This document shows, piece after piece, positions 1 through 7,443 of a DNA stretch of 50,111 bases. The stretch is from a virus. Within the stretch, counting starts at the first letter, position 1, and each line of letters begins with the position of its first letter. The DNA is taken from positions 1-50,111 of the IMG/VR virus record IMGVR_UViG_3300003322_000802. The stretch is one strand, 5' to 3'. A program made the position numbers and the translations under genes. Under the pieces are notes generated by a model that searched no databases, had not been told where the DNA came from, and saw only the letters and a list, made by a program, of their open reading frames with translations.

Positions 1-24
1 CAACCCAGCCAACCCAGCCAACCC
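1..24. repeat. 9-bp tandem repeat CAACCCAGC (about 2.7 units); nt 1-23 are identical to nt 50089-50111
   Basis: Direct reading of both window ends. The repeat lies inside a coding frame and encodes QPSQPSQP. Confidence 0.95.
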
Positions 25-990
25 AACGCCTCCGTGGCCACGTCCGGATCCGCGGTGGAAGGCAACGAGCCGGACGATGATGACGAGGAGAGTCCCGTGC
101 CTAGTCGTAGCGAGCGCATCTGGCTTAAGCTGGGAGTGGAACTGGAGGGCGGCTGGAACGGCAGCCACGATGCCCTCACCGCGAAGGCCCGGCGATTCGG
201 GGCCAGCCACACCGGTGATGGCTCGGTCCGGGTCCCCGGTTGCTCCTTCAACAGCGAGGTGGCCACCAAGCCATACAAGAACCTGGGATCCTTGCTCAAG
301 TGCATCGATGCCCTGTACCCGGACGGGGTCAATCAGACCTGCGGCATGCATGTCCATGTCAGCTTCCCGGAGCACGTCTACAGTAAGCTGATGAGCGAGC
401 ATTTCTACTTCTACTTCCTGCTCCGCTGGGAGGCGTGGGGGAAACGGCTCAACATCCGTAACTCCAACTTCTGGTCGCGTCTTCGCGGGGAGAACAGCTA
501 CTGCGCCCGTAAGTTCGTACCGGAGAAGCAGGTGGCCGCGGCGGGTAAGAGCGGGGACCGGTACGCGCATCTCAACTACTGCTATTCTCACCTGGGAACC
601 ATCGAATGCCGGTTGCTCCCCATGTTCCAGGAGAAGGGCATCTCGGCGAAGGCAATTCGGGAGCTGATCTCCATCTACCAGGACTACATCGCGGAATTCG
701 GGGATGGTACCGAGGCACCGGAGGCGGTGATCGGTTCCATCGATGCCCCCTCCCTGGAGCCCGAGGAGATCAACCTGGAGGGTGAGATCGTGTCGGAGAT
801 GGATCTGATGATGGAGCCGGTGGTGGCTGAGATCGTGGTGGACCCCCGCCGCTTCCATCGGGAGCCTGGGATCCATAAGTTCCTCACCATCGACAACGGG
901 CATAACGGTGGCTACGACCACGACGACCAGATCTCTACCTATCATAACACCATCGTGGGCCTCATGACCGAGGCCGGGAGGGCAGCGTAG
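1..990 (+). CDS. Amidoligase_2-family (glutamine-synthetase-like COOH-NH2 ligase) protein, 3' part; the ORF enters from 49870 through the terminal overlap (alternative internal GTG start at 34)
   Basis: Motifs GVELEGGW, DGSV, CGMHVHV, DRYAHLNY and GTIECR match the Amidoligase_2 (PF12224) signature. Position 1 is in frame with the ORF at 49870. No SD precedes GTG 34. Confidence 0.8.
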   Translation, partial: QPSQPSQPNASVATSGSAVEGNEPDDDDEESPVPSRSERIWLKLGVELEGGWNGSHDALTAKARRFGASHTGDGSVRVPGCSFNSEVATKPYKNLGSLLKCIDALYPDGVNQTCGMHVHVSFPEHVYSKLMSEHFYFYFLLRWEAWGKRLNIRNSNFWSRLRGENSYCARKFVPEKQVAAAGKSGDRYAHLNYCYSHLGTIECRLLPMFQEKGISAKAIRELISIYQDYIAEFGDGTEAPEAVIGSIDAPSLEPEEINLEGEIVSEMDLMMEPVVAEIVVDPRRFHREPGIHKFLTIDNGHNGGYDHDDQISTYHNTIVGLMTEAGRAA

Positions 991-991
991 T

Positions 992-2002
992 ATGTGTGTG
1001 GCACTGATTATTCGCGGTAAGACCGCCCCCAGTCTGCGGCAGTTCGAGGCGATGGAGGCGTGCAATCAGGACGGAGCGGGGCTCGCCTGGGTGGAGGATG
1101 GCCGCGTCTGCTACTCCAAGGGGCACACGGCGAAGGAGATCCATCAGATGGTGGGGGAGTTGCCTCGACCCATCATGGTGCATTTCCGCTTCGCAACGGC
1201 AGGTGGCAAGACGGCGGCACTCTGCCACCCGTTCCCCCTCACCCGGCAGGTGGAGACCAGCGTGGTGGGCTACGCGGGCTCCGTCATGATGCACAATGGC
1301 CACTGGGGCGAGTGGGAATCCTACAAGAGCATCGTGTCCGACGACGAGAATCCGCTTCCGGAGGGCCCCTGGTCCGATACCCGCCTCGCCGCCTACGCCA
1401 TGGTCAACTACCCCAAGGATCTTGACACCATCGCGTCCATCGTGGGTGGCAAGCTGGCCATCATGAACGCGAAGGGCAAGATCCGCCAGTGGGGCCGCTG
1501 GGATACGCTGAAGGACCTGCCCGGTGTCTCGTTCAGTAACACCTACTGGCAGGGGTACTCCAAGTACCTAGATACCCGGGACAGATGGCGCTCTAGTGGC
1601 CCATACGACTACCTGAGCCGTAGTCACACGACTCCCGCTGCCAGCGCCACGGGTCGCACGGGTACCTGGGACCCGGAGCGCCGTGTGATCGTCTGGTCCG
1701 ACGGCACCGAGGAGCGCCCCAGCGTCAACCGCAGCGGCTGGGATGCGGATGAGGACACGATGCCTCAGCCCCGGAACACATACAGGAACTACGACGCCTG
1801 GAAGCGGTACCAGGAGGATGAGCAGATCCGCCGGGAGCACCGGGAGTGGATCCGCACCTGGGCCGAGGAGGAGGCTAAGTCCCTGGAGGACATCAGCCGC
1901 GAGGATACGGAGGTGGACGTGGAGTCCGCATGCCGATCCCTCCTTGATGAGGACGTAGCTCTCTCCCAGGCCTTCCTGCGCAGCTTCCGGGAGAGCGACT
2001 GA
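992..2002 (+). CDS. Class II (Ntn, Cys2-nucleophile) glutamine amidotransferase-like protein with an acidic C-terminal tail
   Basis: Starts MCVALII, then DGAGLAW. SD GGGAGGG lies upstream. It is separated by 1 nt from the amidoligase stop. Confidence 0.7.
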   Translation: MCVALIIRGKTAPSLRQFEAMEACNQDGAGLAWVEDGRVCYSKGHTAKEIHQMVGELPRPIMVHFRFATAGGKTAALCHPFPLTRQVETSVVGYAGSVMMHNGHWGEWESYKSIVSDDENPLPEGPWSDTRLAAYAMVNYPKDLDTIASIVGGKLAIMNAKGKIRQWGRWDTLKDLPGVSFSNTYWQGYSKYLDTRDRWRSSGPYDYLSRSHTTPAASATGRTGTWDPERRVIVWSDGTEERPSVNRSGWDADEDTMPQPRNTYRNYDAWKRYQEDEQIRREHREWIRTWAEEEAKSLEDISREDTEVDVESACRSLLDEDVALSQAFLRSFRESD

Positions 2003-2178
2003 TGAGGTTTAAGCTGGTGCAGCGTGACCATATGCCGCGGGACACCCGTCACTACGGGTCCATAGAGTCGATGGGTAGAGCCCGGAATTATCTGGAATGG
2101 ATGCACACCCATCAGCCGGTGAATACTTACACCATCAGCGGCCTGACTGAGAGGTATATAACGGTGCCCCATGACTAG
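2002..2178 (+). CDS. Small paralogue P1 (58 aa) of the MR[FYK][KR]hh family
   Basis: TGATG start/stop overlap with the upstream gene. N-terminus MRFKLVQRDH aligns with P2-P5. Confidence 0.55.
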   Translation: MRFKLVQRDHMPRDTRHYGSIESMGRARNYLEWMHTHQPVNTYTISGLTERYITVPHD

Positions 2179-2449
2179 AACAGCGATTCGCCTGCTCAGT
2201 GACATTGTCCAGGGGCCCATCCGTGACGTGGCGGTCCGACCCGCGGATCCCGTGGCCGCCTGCGTCATGAGGGCCCGAGCCTGTCGCCTCGCCGGTGATC
2301 TGGACAATGCGGAGCTGTGGCTGAATGAGGCCTGCTCCGTCTACCGAGCCCTGGGAGTGAAGAACACCAGCCGCACCTACCGCATCGAGAGCCGAGCGGT
2401 TGCGTGGGCGCGCACGGACGCCTGCGAGCCACCGGATGACGAAGTATGA
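2171..2449 (+). CDS. Hypothetical protein (92 aa)
   Basis: ORF with high third-position GC that overlaps its neighbours by a few nt. No motif recognised. Confidence 0.55.
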   Translation: MTRTAIRLLSDIVQGPIRDVAVRPADPVAACVMRARACRLAGDLDNAELWLNEACSVYRALGVKNTSRTYRIESRAVAWARTDACEPPDDEV

Positions 2450-2634
2450 GGTACAAGGTGGTTAAGGCAAACCATTGGACCGGCCCATGGTGCACCTGGG
2501 ACCATACGCCAGCCCTCCTCCACTCGTTCGCGCGTACCAGCTACGGTCAGAGCCGCATCAGAGCGGGTAACAATATGCTGCGACCACCGCTAGACCACGT
2601 CTCGTATCTACTGGTGTCGCTGGAGGATGCATGA
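2446..2634 (+). CDS. Small paralogue P2 (62 aa)
   Basis: MRYKVVKANHWTGPWCTW...RIRAGN is clearly similar to P3. Confidence 0.65.
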   Translation: MRYKVVKANHWTGPWCTWDHTPALLHSFARTSYGQSRIRAGNNMLRPPLDHVSYLLVSLEDA

Positions 2635-2650
2635 GCGCAGGAGCGAGGCC

Positions 2651-2848
2651 ATGAAGCTTAAGATCGTGAGAGGTGACCACTGGCGCGGACCCTGGGTGTG
2701 CTGGGCACCCAGCCCGCGAGTGCTTATCAACTGGGCATGTAGAGTCGACGCGTACAACCGTATTCGCGCTGGGAACACAGTCGACAGTCCGTCCAGACAC
2801 CATCCGTTCGTCGCCGTGGTCTGCGATGACAACTGGGTACCCCTATGA
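2651..2848 (+). CDS. Small paralogue P3 (65 aa)
   Basis: MKLKIVRGDHWRGPWVCW...RIRAGN. Internal ATG is preceded by AGGAGCGAGG. Confidence 0.65.
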   Translation: MKLKIVRGDHWRGPWVCWAPSPRVLINWACRVDAYNRIRAGNTVDSPSRHHPFVAVVCDDNWVPL

Positions 2849-2876
2849 CTCGCTGCGCTCGTACTCGGAGGGCCTC

Positions 2877-3083
2877 GTGAGGCGATGGAGACTCTACCGC
2901 AACGGCCACCAGCCGGGGCCCGTGTGGTACGGCACCGATACCCTATCCACGGCCGTTAGGTTCATGCGGTATCATGCAGATTACCCACCTAGTCAGTCTA
3001 CACACCCCTTGTCTGTCCATGAATACACCTACAACTGGCTACTGACCCACGAGGAGGTGCCCGATGCCGCAGAATCGCCCTGA
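2877..3083 (+). CDS. Small paralogue P4 (68 aa, GTG start)
   Basis: (V)RRWRLYRNGHQPGPVWYGT aligns with the P2/P3 N-termini. SD GGAGGG lies 5 nt upstream of the GTG. Confidence 0.5.
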   Translation: MRRWRLYRNGHQPGPVWYGTDTLSTAVRFMRYHADYPPSQSTHPLSVHEYTYNWLLTHEEVPDAAESP

Positions 3084-3642
3084 TTTCAGCTCGGCACGCA
3101 CCGGGGGTAGTGACGTGTGGCTCACGCCGCCCTGGATCCTGGATGCCATACGAGCGAATTACACCATCGCCCTGGACCCATGCACCGAGCCGAGCAACCC
3201 GACCGGGGCGCTGCTTAGGCTTTGCGGACAGGGTCCCGATTGGGATGATGGTCTGGCCGCTGACTGGGCTAATGATCTGACCCTGTTCGATGGAGACCCC
3301 CGCATCAGCGAGCGGGCTGGGATCTGCTACGTTAACCCGCCCTACGGGGGACTATCCCGTAACGGACCCTGGGGCCTCAAGATCGAGGGTGAGGCGGAGA
3401 AGGGGTGCCCCATCATCTCCCTACTTCCTGCCCGTACCAATCAGTCATGGTTCCAGCGGCTGGCCCGACTCACATTCGCCCACCACGGTAACGTCCTCTT
3501 CCTGGATCGGCGACTCAAGTTCCACGGGGCGGATGGGCAGCCGCACGCCACCCAGGCCCCGTTCCCCTCCGTCATCATGACCTTCAACTGCGAGATGCCC
3601 GGACCGCTCTGGGATAAGGGATGGATGCCATGCTGTCAGTGA
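3064..3642 (+). CDS. DNA N6-adenine methyltransferase, phage Dam family
   Basis: VWLTPPW near the N-terminus, catalytic NPPY, and the LLPARTNQSWF block, as in Pfam Dam (PF05869). Confidence 0.8.
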   Translation: MPQNRPDFSSARTGGSDVWLTPPWILDAIRANYTIALDPCTEPSNPTGALLRLCGQGPDWDDGLAADWANDLTLFDGDPRISERAGICYVNPPYGGLSRNGPWGLKIEGEAEKGCPIISLLPARTNQSWFQRLARLTFAHHGNVLFLDRRLKFHGADGQPHATQAPFPSVIMTFNCEMPGPLWDKGWMPCCQ

Positions 3643-3692
3643 TCCTTGTCCTCGCCTTCCTACTCTTCCTACGCGACTACTCCCGGCGGTGA
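3639..3692 (+). CDS. Hydrophobic micro-ORF (17 aa, VILVLAFLLFLRDYSRR)
   Basis: GTGA start/stop overlap with the methyltransferase gene. One predicted TM-like segment. Confidence 0.3.
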   Translation: MILVLAFLLFLRDYSRR

Positions 3693-3695
3693 TCA

Positions 3696-3869
3696 ATGAG
3701 ATACCGAGTCTACCGAAGGGAACACTACAGTGGATCCTACGTGGATTCCACCCTCAGCGTAACGGTGGCGACTAGACTGGCGGTCAACTACGAGACTAGA
3801 GGTCTATTCAATAGCCGCATCCACTCCCGTAACACAGGCGATTACCTAATTGTTAGGGTAGACGGCTGA
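3696..3869 (+). CDS. Small paralogue P5 (57 aa)
   Basis: MRYRVYRREHYSGSY...YLIVRVDG has the same N-terminal pattern as P1-P4. TGATG overlap with the next gene. Confidence 0.55.
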   Translation: MRYRVYRREHYSGSYVDSTLSVTVATRLAVNYETRGLFNSRIHSRNTGDYLIVRVDG

Positions 3870-4114
3870 TGGCGGACGTCGCACCCCAGTGTCCCACCTG
3901 CGGCTTCACCATGAAGCCCCTCTTCCAAACCCACTTCTGCGATGTCAACGAGTGTGATCTGCCACCGGAGAAGCGACGGAAGCAACCGGAGCCCTTGAAG
4001 AAGGCGGAAGCACCTGTGACCCACGTCTGCATGTGCCCCACCATCTTCGCCTACAGCTACGACTGGAAGCGCGGGGCCAAGGTGTGCCTGGTATGCAAGG
4101 GAGACATCTCATGA
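3869..4114 (+). CDS. Cys-rich (zinc-ribbon-like) hypothetical protein
   Basis: CPTC...C..C near the N-terminus and CLVC at the C-terminus. Coupled to both neighbours. Confidence 0.55.
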   Translation: MADVAPQCPTCGFTMKPLFQTHFCDVNECDLPPEKRRKQPEPLKKAEAPVTHVCMCPTIFAYSYDWKRGAKVCLVCKGDIS

Positions 4115-4473
4115 GCCTGATCATCGTAGCCGGACCCGCCGGCGCCGGTAAGACCACTTTCGCCCGCCGCCTTAGCCGTCTTCCCTATGAGACTGACAGG
4201 TATCTGGGTCTACCCAGAGATGAGCGTCCCGATGCCCTCTGGGTGGACATATGCGAGGACAACATGCAGGAGGATGCCGTTGTGGAAGGCTGCGAGGCGC
4301 TGAGAGCCGCCATTAAAACCGGCATGCGACGCTTCGTTGACATCGTCTACTGGGTGGAATGTGCCCAGCCCAAGGCCGAGTGTGGTGGTCTGACCACTCA
4401 GCAGGAGCGCTACCTGGCGAAGCTTCGCAAGGAACGGCCGGATGTGCCCATCTACCGAGTCACTAACTACTAG
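4111..4473 (+). CDS. Small P-loop NTPase/kinase-like protein (120 aa)
   Basis: Walker A GPAGAGKTT directly after the ATG. ATGA overlap with the upstream stop. Confidence 0.6.
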   Translation: MSLIIVAGPAGAGKTTFARRLSRLPYETDRYLGLPRDERPDALWVDICEDNMQEDAVVEGCEALRAAIKTGMRRFVDIVYWVECAQPKAECGGLTTQQERYLAKLRKERPDVPIYRVTNY

Positions 4474-4491
4474 ATAGCGAAGGGAGCAACG

Positions 4492-4656
4492 ATGGACATT
4501 GAAGAGGCTTTCACCGAGCTTGCCGAGAAGCTGAAGGACGTCTGCCTGGCGCGACCCATGGGAATCACCTGGGCCGATGTGATCCGGGTTATCAAGGAGG
4601 TTGCTGCCCATGCCGGCGACCTTGACTACGAGCGCCGCATGGGTGAGGACATGTAG
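4492..4656 (+). CDS. Hypothetical protein (54 aa)
   Basis: SD AAGGGAG lies upstream of the ATG, and codon use looks coding. Shorter than the ORF-track cut-off. Confidence 0.45.
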   Translation: MDIEEAFTELAEKLKDVCLARPMGITWADVIRVIKEVAAHAGDLDYERRMGEDM

Positions 4657-4660
4657 TCTC

Positions 4661-4688
4661 TTGACAAGGCTGAGCGGAGACATATAAT
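4661..4688 (+). promoter_or_regulatory. Near-consensus sigma70 promoter: TTGACA, 16 nt, TATAAT
   Basis: TTGACA at 4661-4666 and TATAAT at 4683-4688, immediately after a stop codon and ahead of a long ORF-free leader. Confidence 0.7.
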
Positions 4689-4740
4689 AGAGTGACCTGC
4701 CTCCCCTGCCGACTCACTGTCCGGGGAGGCCTGTTCAAGA

Positions 4741-5166
4741 GTACCCAGCAGCCATCATTGAGGCCCCCTGCCAAGGGGGAGGCACCGCTGATGGTTTGGC
4801 CACAGTGGACGGTATAATACGGTCCCGGAAGTGGATATCGACCGGGGTGCGGCCTTGGTGACGACCTGGGAGCCGTCGGAGCGAGCTGGGCGCTCTTGAG
4901 CAGGTTAGGCGGGTAAGTGAGAGGGCGGGTGGAGAGTCCCGCTGCAATGGCTATCCCCCACGTGGACGCGTGACTGGGACGGCGGCTATGACCGGGGCCG
5001 CTACCAGGGGAGGCTATGAAGTATACCCTTCCGAGATTCTCCCCGTGAATGTATACCAGGGGCGGGGGAGAGCGAGGCTGGGGAACAGCGAGGCGTTAGT
5101 CAGCCGATGACTAGGAAGTGGCTAGGCACCAGAGCTTAGCTACCCAGGGACAGGAGACCTGGGTAC
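4741..5166 (+). promoter_or_regulatory. Structured 5' leader with cobalamin-riboswitch-like core motifs (candidate riboswitch)
   Basis: AGAGGG plus hairpin GCGGG/CCCGC (4919-4942). UCCCCCACGUGGA (4954-4966). GUGACUGG, a hairpin, then CCAGGGGAGGC (4970-5014). B12-box core CAGGAGACCUG (5151-5161). Alternative 8-bp pairings for 5158-5166. Confidence 0.45.
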
Positions 5167-5217
5167 AGGCCCCCGGTCTGCCCGAAGATCTTAACAGGAA
5201 AGGTACGAGGAGTTCTT

Positions 5218-5433
5218 ATGCCGATGGTGTACATCAAGGATGATGAGAAACACGCGTGGATCAACACCGACAAGATTATCTCGGTGACTGCTTCTAGAAG
5301 GGGGATTGAATTCAACCTGGATATCGATAACGGAGCGGATATTACGTTCTGTTTCGGATCTCTGCGGAAGCGTCGAGAGGCGCTGCGGCTTCTGGGGCTG
5401 ACTATTCCTGGCTACGAGAACGAGGAGGGCTGA
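5218..5433 (+). CDS. Hypothetical protein (71 aa)
   Basis: SD GAGGAG lies 6 nt upstream. It is the first ORF after the leader. Confidence 0.6.
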   Translation: MPMVYIKDDEKHAWINTDKIISVTASRRGIEFNLDIDNGADITFCFGSLRKRREALRLLGLTIPGYENEEG

Positions 5434-5434
5434 G

Positions 5435-6127
5435 ATGGCGATGACGTACAAGTTCCCGACGTGGTGGGGTGGCGAGACTTTCATCGAGTCTACTGAGCCC
5501 CCGCAGATCCACAAGAAGCTGATCGCCATCCGCAAGGCGGTCGGTGGGCTGAAGGCAAAGAAGGAAGCCACGGGTCCCAACTTCGCGGTGCGTAAGGCCA
5601 GTGACCTTATGGCGAAGCTGCGAACGGCCATCGACAAGGAGGAGTGCCATGTGATGGTTGTCAGCCAGTCGATCATCACCGGGGACCTGGACAAGATCCC
5701 TCCTGATGGCAAGGGTCGCGTGTTCCGGTCGGCGGCTACCGTGACCACCCGGGTCCGTATCTGCGCCCCCGATGGCAGCTTCGTCGAGGGCGAGGGCTCC
5801 GGTGGTGGCGGAGATGCTGATGACAAGGCGGTAGGCAAGGCGTCGACGTACAGCTACAAGGACGCCCTCATCAAGCTGCTGACCCTGCCGGATGCGGATA
5901 CCGTGGACACGGATGACGAGGCGGAGCACGGTGCCGTTCCTGCCATCGGCGCTGAGGCGGGGATCATCATCGAGGCGGTCGCCAAGAGCGAGAGCCGTGA
6001 GGATCTGAAGCAGTATGCTGCCGACGCCAAGAAGCTGCGCCTCCATGAGCAGAAGGCCGTGGGTGACGCGATCCGGGCCCGTCTGGCGAGTCTCGCTGGT
6101 AAGGGCGAAGCCGGGGGTGGCAAGTGA
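5435..6127 (+). CDS. erf: ERF-family single-strand annealing recombinase
   Basis: The block GGGGDADDKAVGKASTYSYKDALIKLL matches the ERF (PF04404) core. An exonuclease and an SSB gene follow. Confidence 0.75.
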   Translation: MAMTYKFPTWWGGETFIESTEPPQIHKKLIAIRKAVGGLKAKKEATGPNFAVRKASDLMAKLRTAIDKEECHVMVVSQSIITGDLDKIPPDGKGRVFRSAATVTTRVRICAPDGSFVEGEGSGGGGDADDKAVGKASTYSYKDALIKLLTLPDADTVDTDDEAEHGAVPAIGAEAGIIIEAVAKSESREDLKQYAADAKKLRLHEQKAVGDAIRARLASLAGKGEAGGGK

Positions 6128-6282
6128 CCGAGGATACCTGGTTCGCCGCGATCATCGGTGCCTCCCTCCTTACGGGTCTGGCCATCCTCGCAATCTGCCT
6201 CACGGCGGCCTCGTTTCATGAGGACAACAGCAAGGTGGACATCGTGCGTGCAACGATCGGCTGCAGAGCGGAGAAGCAGTGA
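6124..6282 (+). CDS. Small membrane protein (52 aa)
   Basis: GTGA overlap with the erf stop. TM segment AAIIGASLLTGLAILAICLTAA. Confidence 0.45.
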   Translation: MTEDTWFAAIIGASLLTGLAILAICLTAASFHEDNSKVDIVRATIGCRAEKQ

Positions 6283-6368
6283 TCCGGCTGGGGATTCTGC
6301 TGGTGGCCCTGTGCTTCATTCTGGAGATGGTGGGTAAGCGTGGGATGGACCAGGGCAAGCTCAATTGA
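6279..6368 (+). CDS. Hydrophobic micro-ORF (29 aa)
   Basis: GTGA overlap with the previous micro-ORF. Sequence VIRLGILLVALCFILEMVG. Confidence 0.3.
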   Translation: MIRLGILLVALCFILEMVGKRGMDQGKLN

Positions 6369-7125
6369 CCGGGCGCTAGCCTGCCTGGGTTCCACCATCC
6401 TCCCCGCTGGCCCGGATCATCGATCCGAGTCGACGCTGGAAGCCGCCGCCTGGGGCACCACCATGCACCACTGGAAGGAGACGGGGGAGGTGCTGGCTCC
6501 GGATGGGTACAAGAAACTCGAACCCCTGGTCACCAAACGCCTCAGGAAGGCCTGGGGAACCCCTGAAGCCATCGAGGAGGCCCGTACCCGCCTCTGGCCC
6601 TCGGATGGGCGCCACGAGCTTTCTGTGGCCGTTCACACGGTCAACGCCAATCTCCACTACCCCGATGTGGTGTTTGAGCACGGGGCGGATCAGGCTAGGT
6701 GGACAGACCAGTGGAACGATGAGTGGGTTACCGGCTCCATGGACTACCTGGGGGATGTGCTGGGGGATCCGTGGGTGGATGACCTGAAGACGGGGCGCCA
6801 CCCCACGGCCCCCGATGACCCTCAGATCCTCTTCTACGCTCTCGCAGCCTGGCTCATGGGTGAGAAGAAAGCTGACAGGGTTGTGACATCGATCACCCAC
6901 TGGCCGAGGTCCCCGGTTGGGGGTCTTCCCGATAGGTACTGGGGTGAGATCAGCGCGGAGGATCTTGACAGCTTCCACCGGAGACTTATAATGGGTAGAC
7001 GGAAGCGAGCGTGGGCCGATCCCGAGCGACCGGAGCTACAGGTGGGCCCTCACTGTAGGTACTGCCCAGCGCGAGCTAACTGTCCCGCGCTACGGGAGGC
7101 TCATGAGTCTGGTGAAGAGTGGTAA
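6340..7125 (+). CDS. PD-(D/E)XK Cas4/RecB-like exonuclease with a 4-Cys cluster
   Basis: VDDLKTG (D-x-K), QILFYALA (QxxxY), an N-terminal Cys plus C-terminal CRYCPARANC (CX2CX5C). Confidence 0.75.
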   Translation: MGWTRASSIDRALACLGSTILPAGPDHRSESTLEAAAWGTTMHHWKETGEVLAPDGYKKLEPLVTKRLRKAWGTPEAIEEARTRLWPSDGRHELSVAVHTVNANLHYPDVVFEHGADQARWTDQWNDEWVTGSMDYLGDVLGDPWVDDLKTGRHPTAPDDPQILFYALAAWLMGEKKADRVVTSITHWPRSPVGGLPDRYWGEISAEDLDSFHRRLIMGRRKRAWADPERPELQVGPHCRYCPARANCPALREAHESGEEW

Positions 7126-7360
7126 GAATGGCAAGAACATCTACAAGCTGTCCGATGACCTGTACACGTACGGGATGCCGGGGGAGTTTGGACCGCGAGT
7201 TGAGCGGTATATCGTGCGCAAAGATCGCGCGACGAGGGGACGTCCGGCTTACCGTCGCGTCCCAGGTGGAGTTATTCCCCCAGGGCTCAAGCCGGAAGTG
7301 AATCCTCCCATGAAGGTGATGGAGGAGTTGCTGCTGGCGGATAAGACGGCGCAGGCGTGA
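7103..7360 (+). CDS. Hypothetical protein (85 aa)
   Basis: ORF with a coding-like composition. No motif recognised. Confidence 0.5.
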   Translation: MSLVKSGKNGKNIYKLSDDLYTYGMPGEFGPRVERYIVRKDRATRGRPAYRRVPGGVIPPGLKPEVNPPMKVMEELLLADKTAQA

Positions 7361-7365
7361 CTCAG

Positions 7366-7443
7366 ATGTGGTGGCTATGGGCCTATCTTGGGTTCATGGC
7401 TTGTGGTTTTGGGTTTCTGGTCTACATGACAAAGGATGACTGA
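7366..7443 (+). CDS. Hydrophobic micro-ORF (25 aa, MWWLWAYLGFMACGFGFLVYMTKDD)
   Basis: TGATG overlap with the ssb start. One TM-like segment. Confidence 0.35.
   Translation: MWWLWAYLGFMACGFGFLVYMTKDD

Noticed and set aside
1-23. Interpreting the 23-nt terminal identity as the physical direct terminal repeat of the virion DNA.
   Set aside because: It lies inside a coding tandem repeat, and an ORF runs through it in frame. That pattern is what circular or concatemeric assembly closure produces. Real packaging ends more likely lie in the non-coding control region or are permuted (headful).
5121-5129. The exact 9-mer GCTAGGCAC shared by the leaders at 5121 and 46263, with related GCTAGG words at 44229, 44274 and 46001, as a possible regulatory motif.
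   Set aside because: About a dozen shared 9-mers are expected by chance among roughly 2.5 kb of non-coding sequence. The surrounding sequence does not align.
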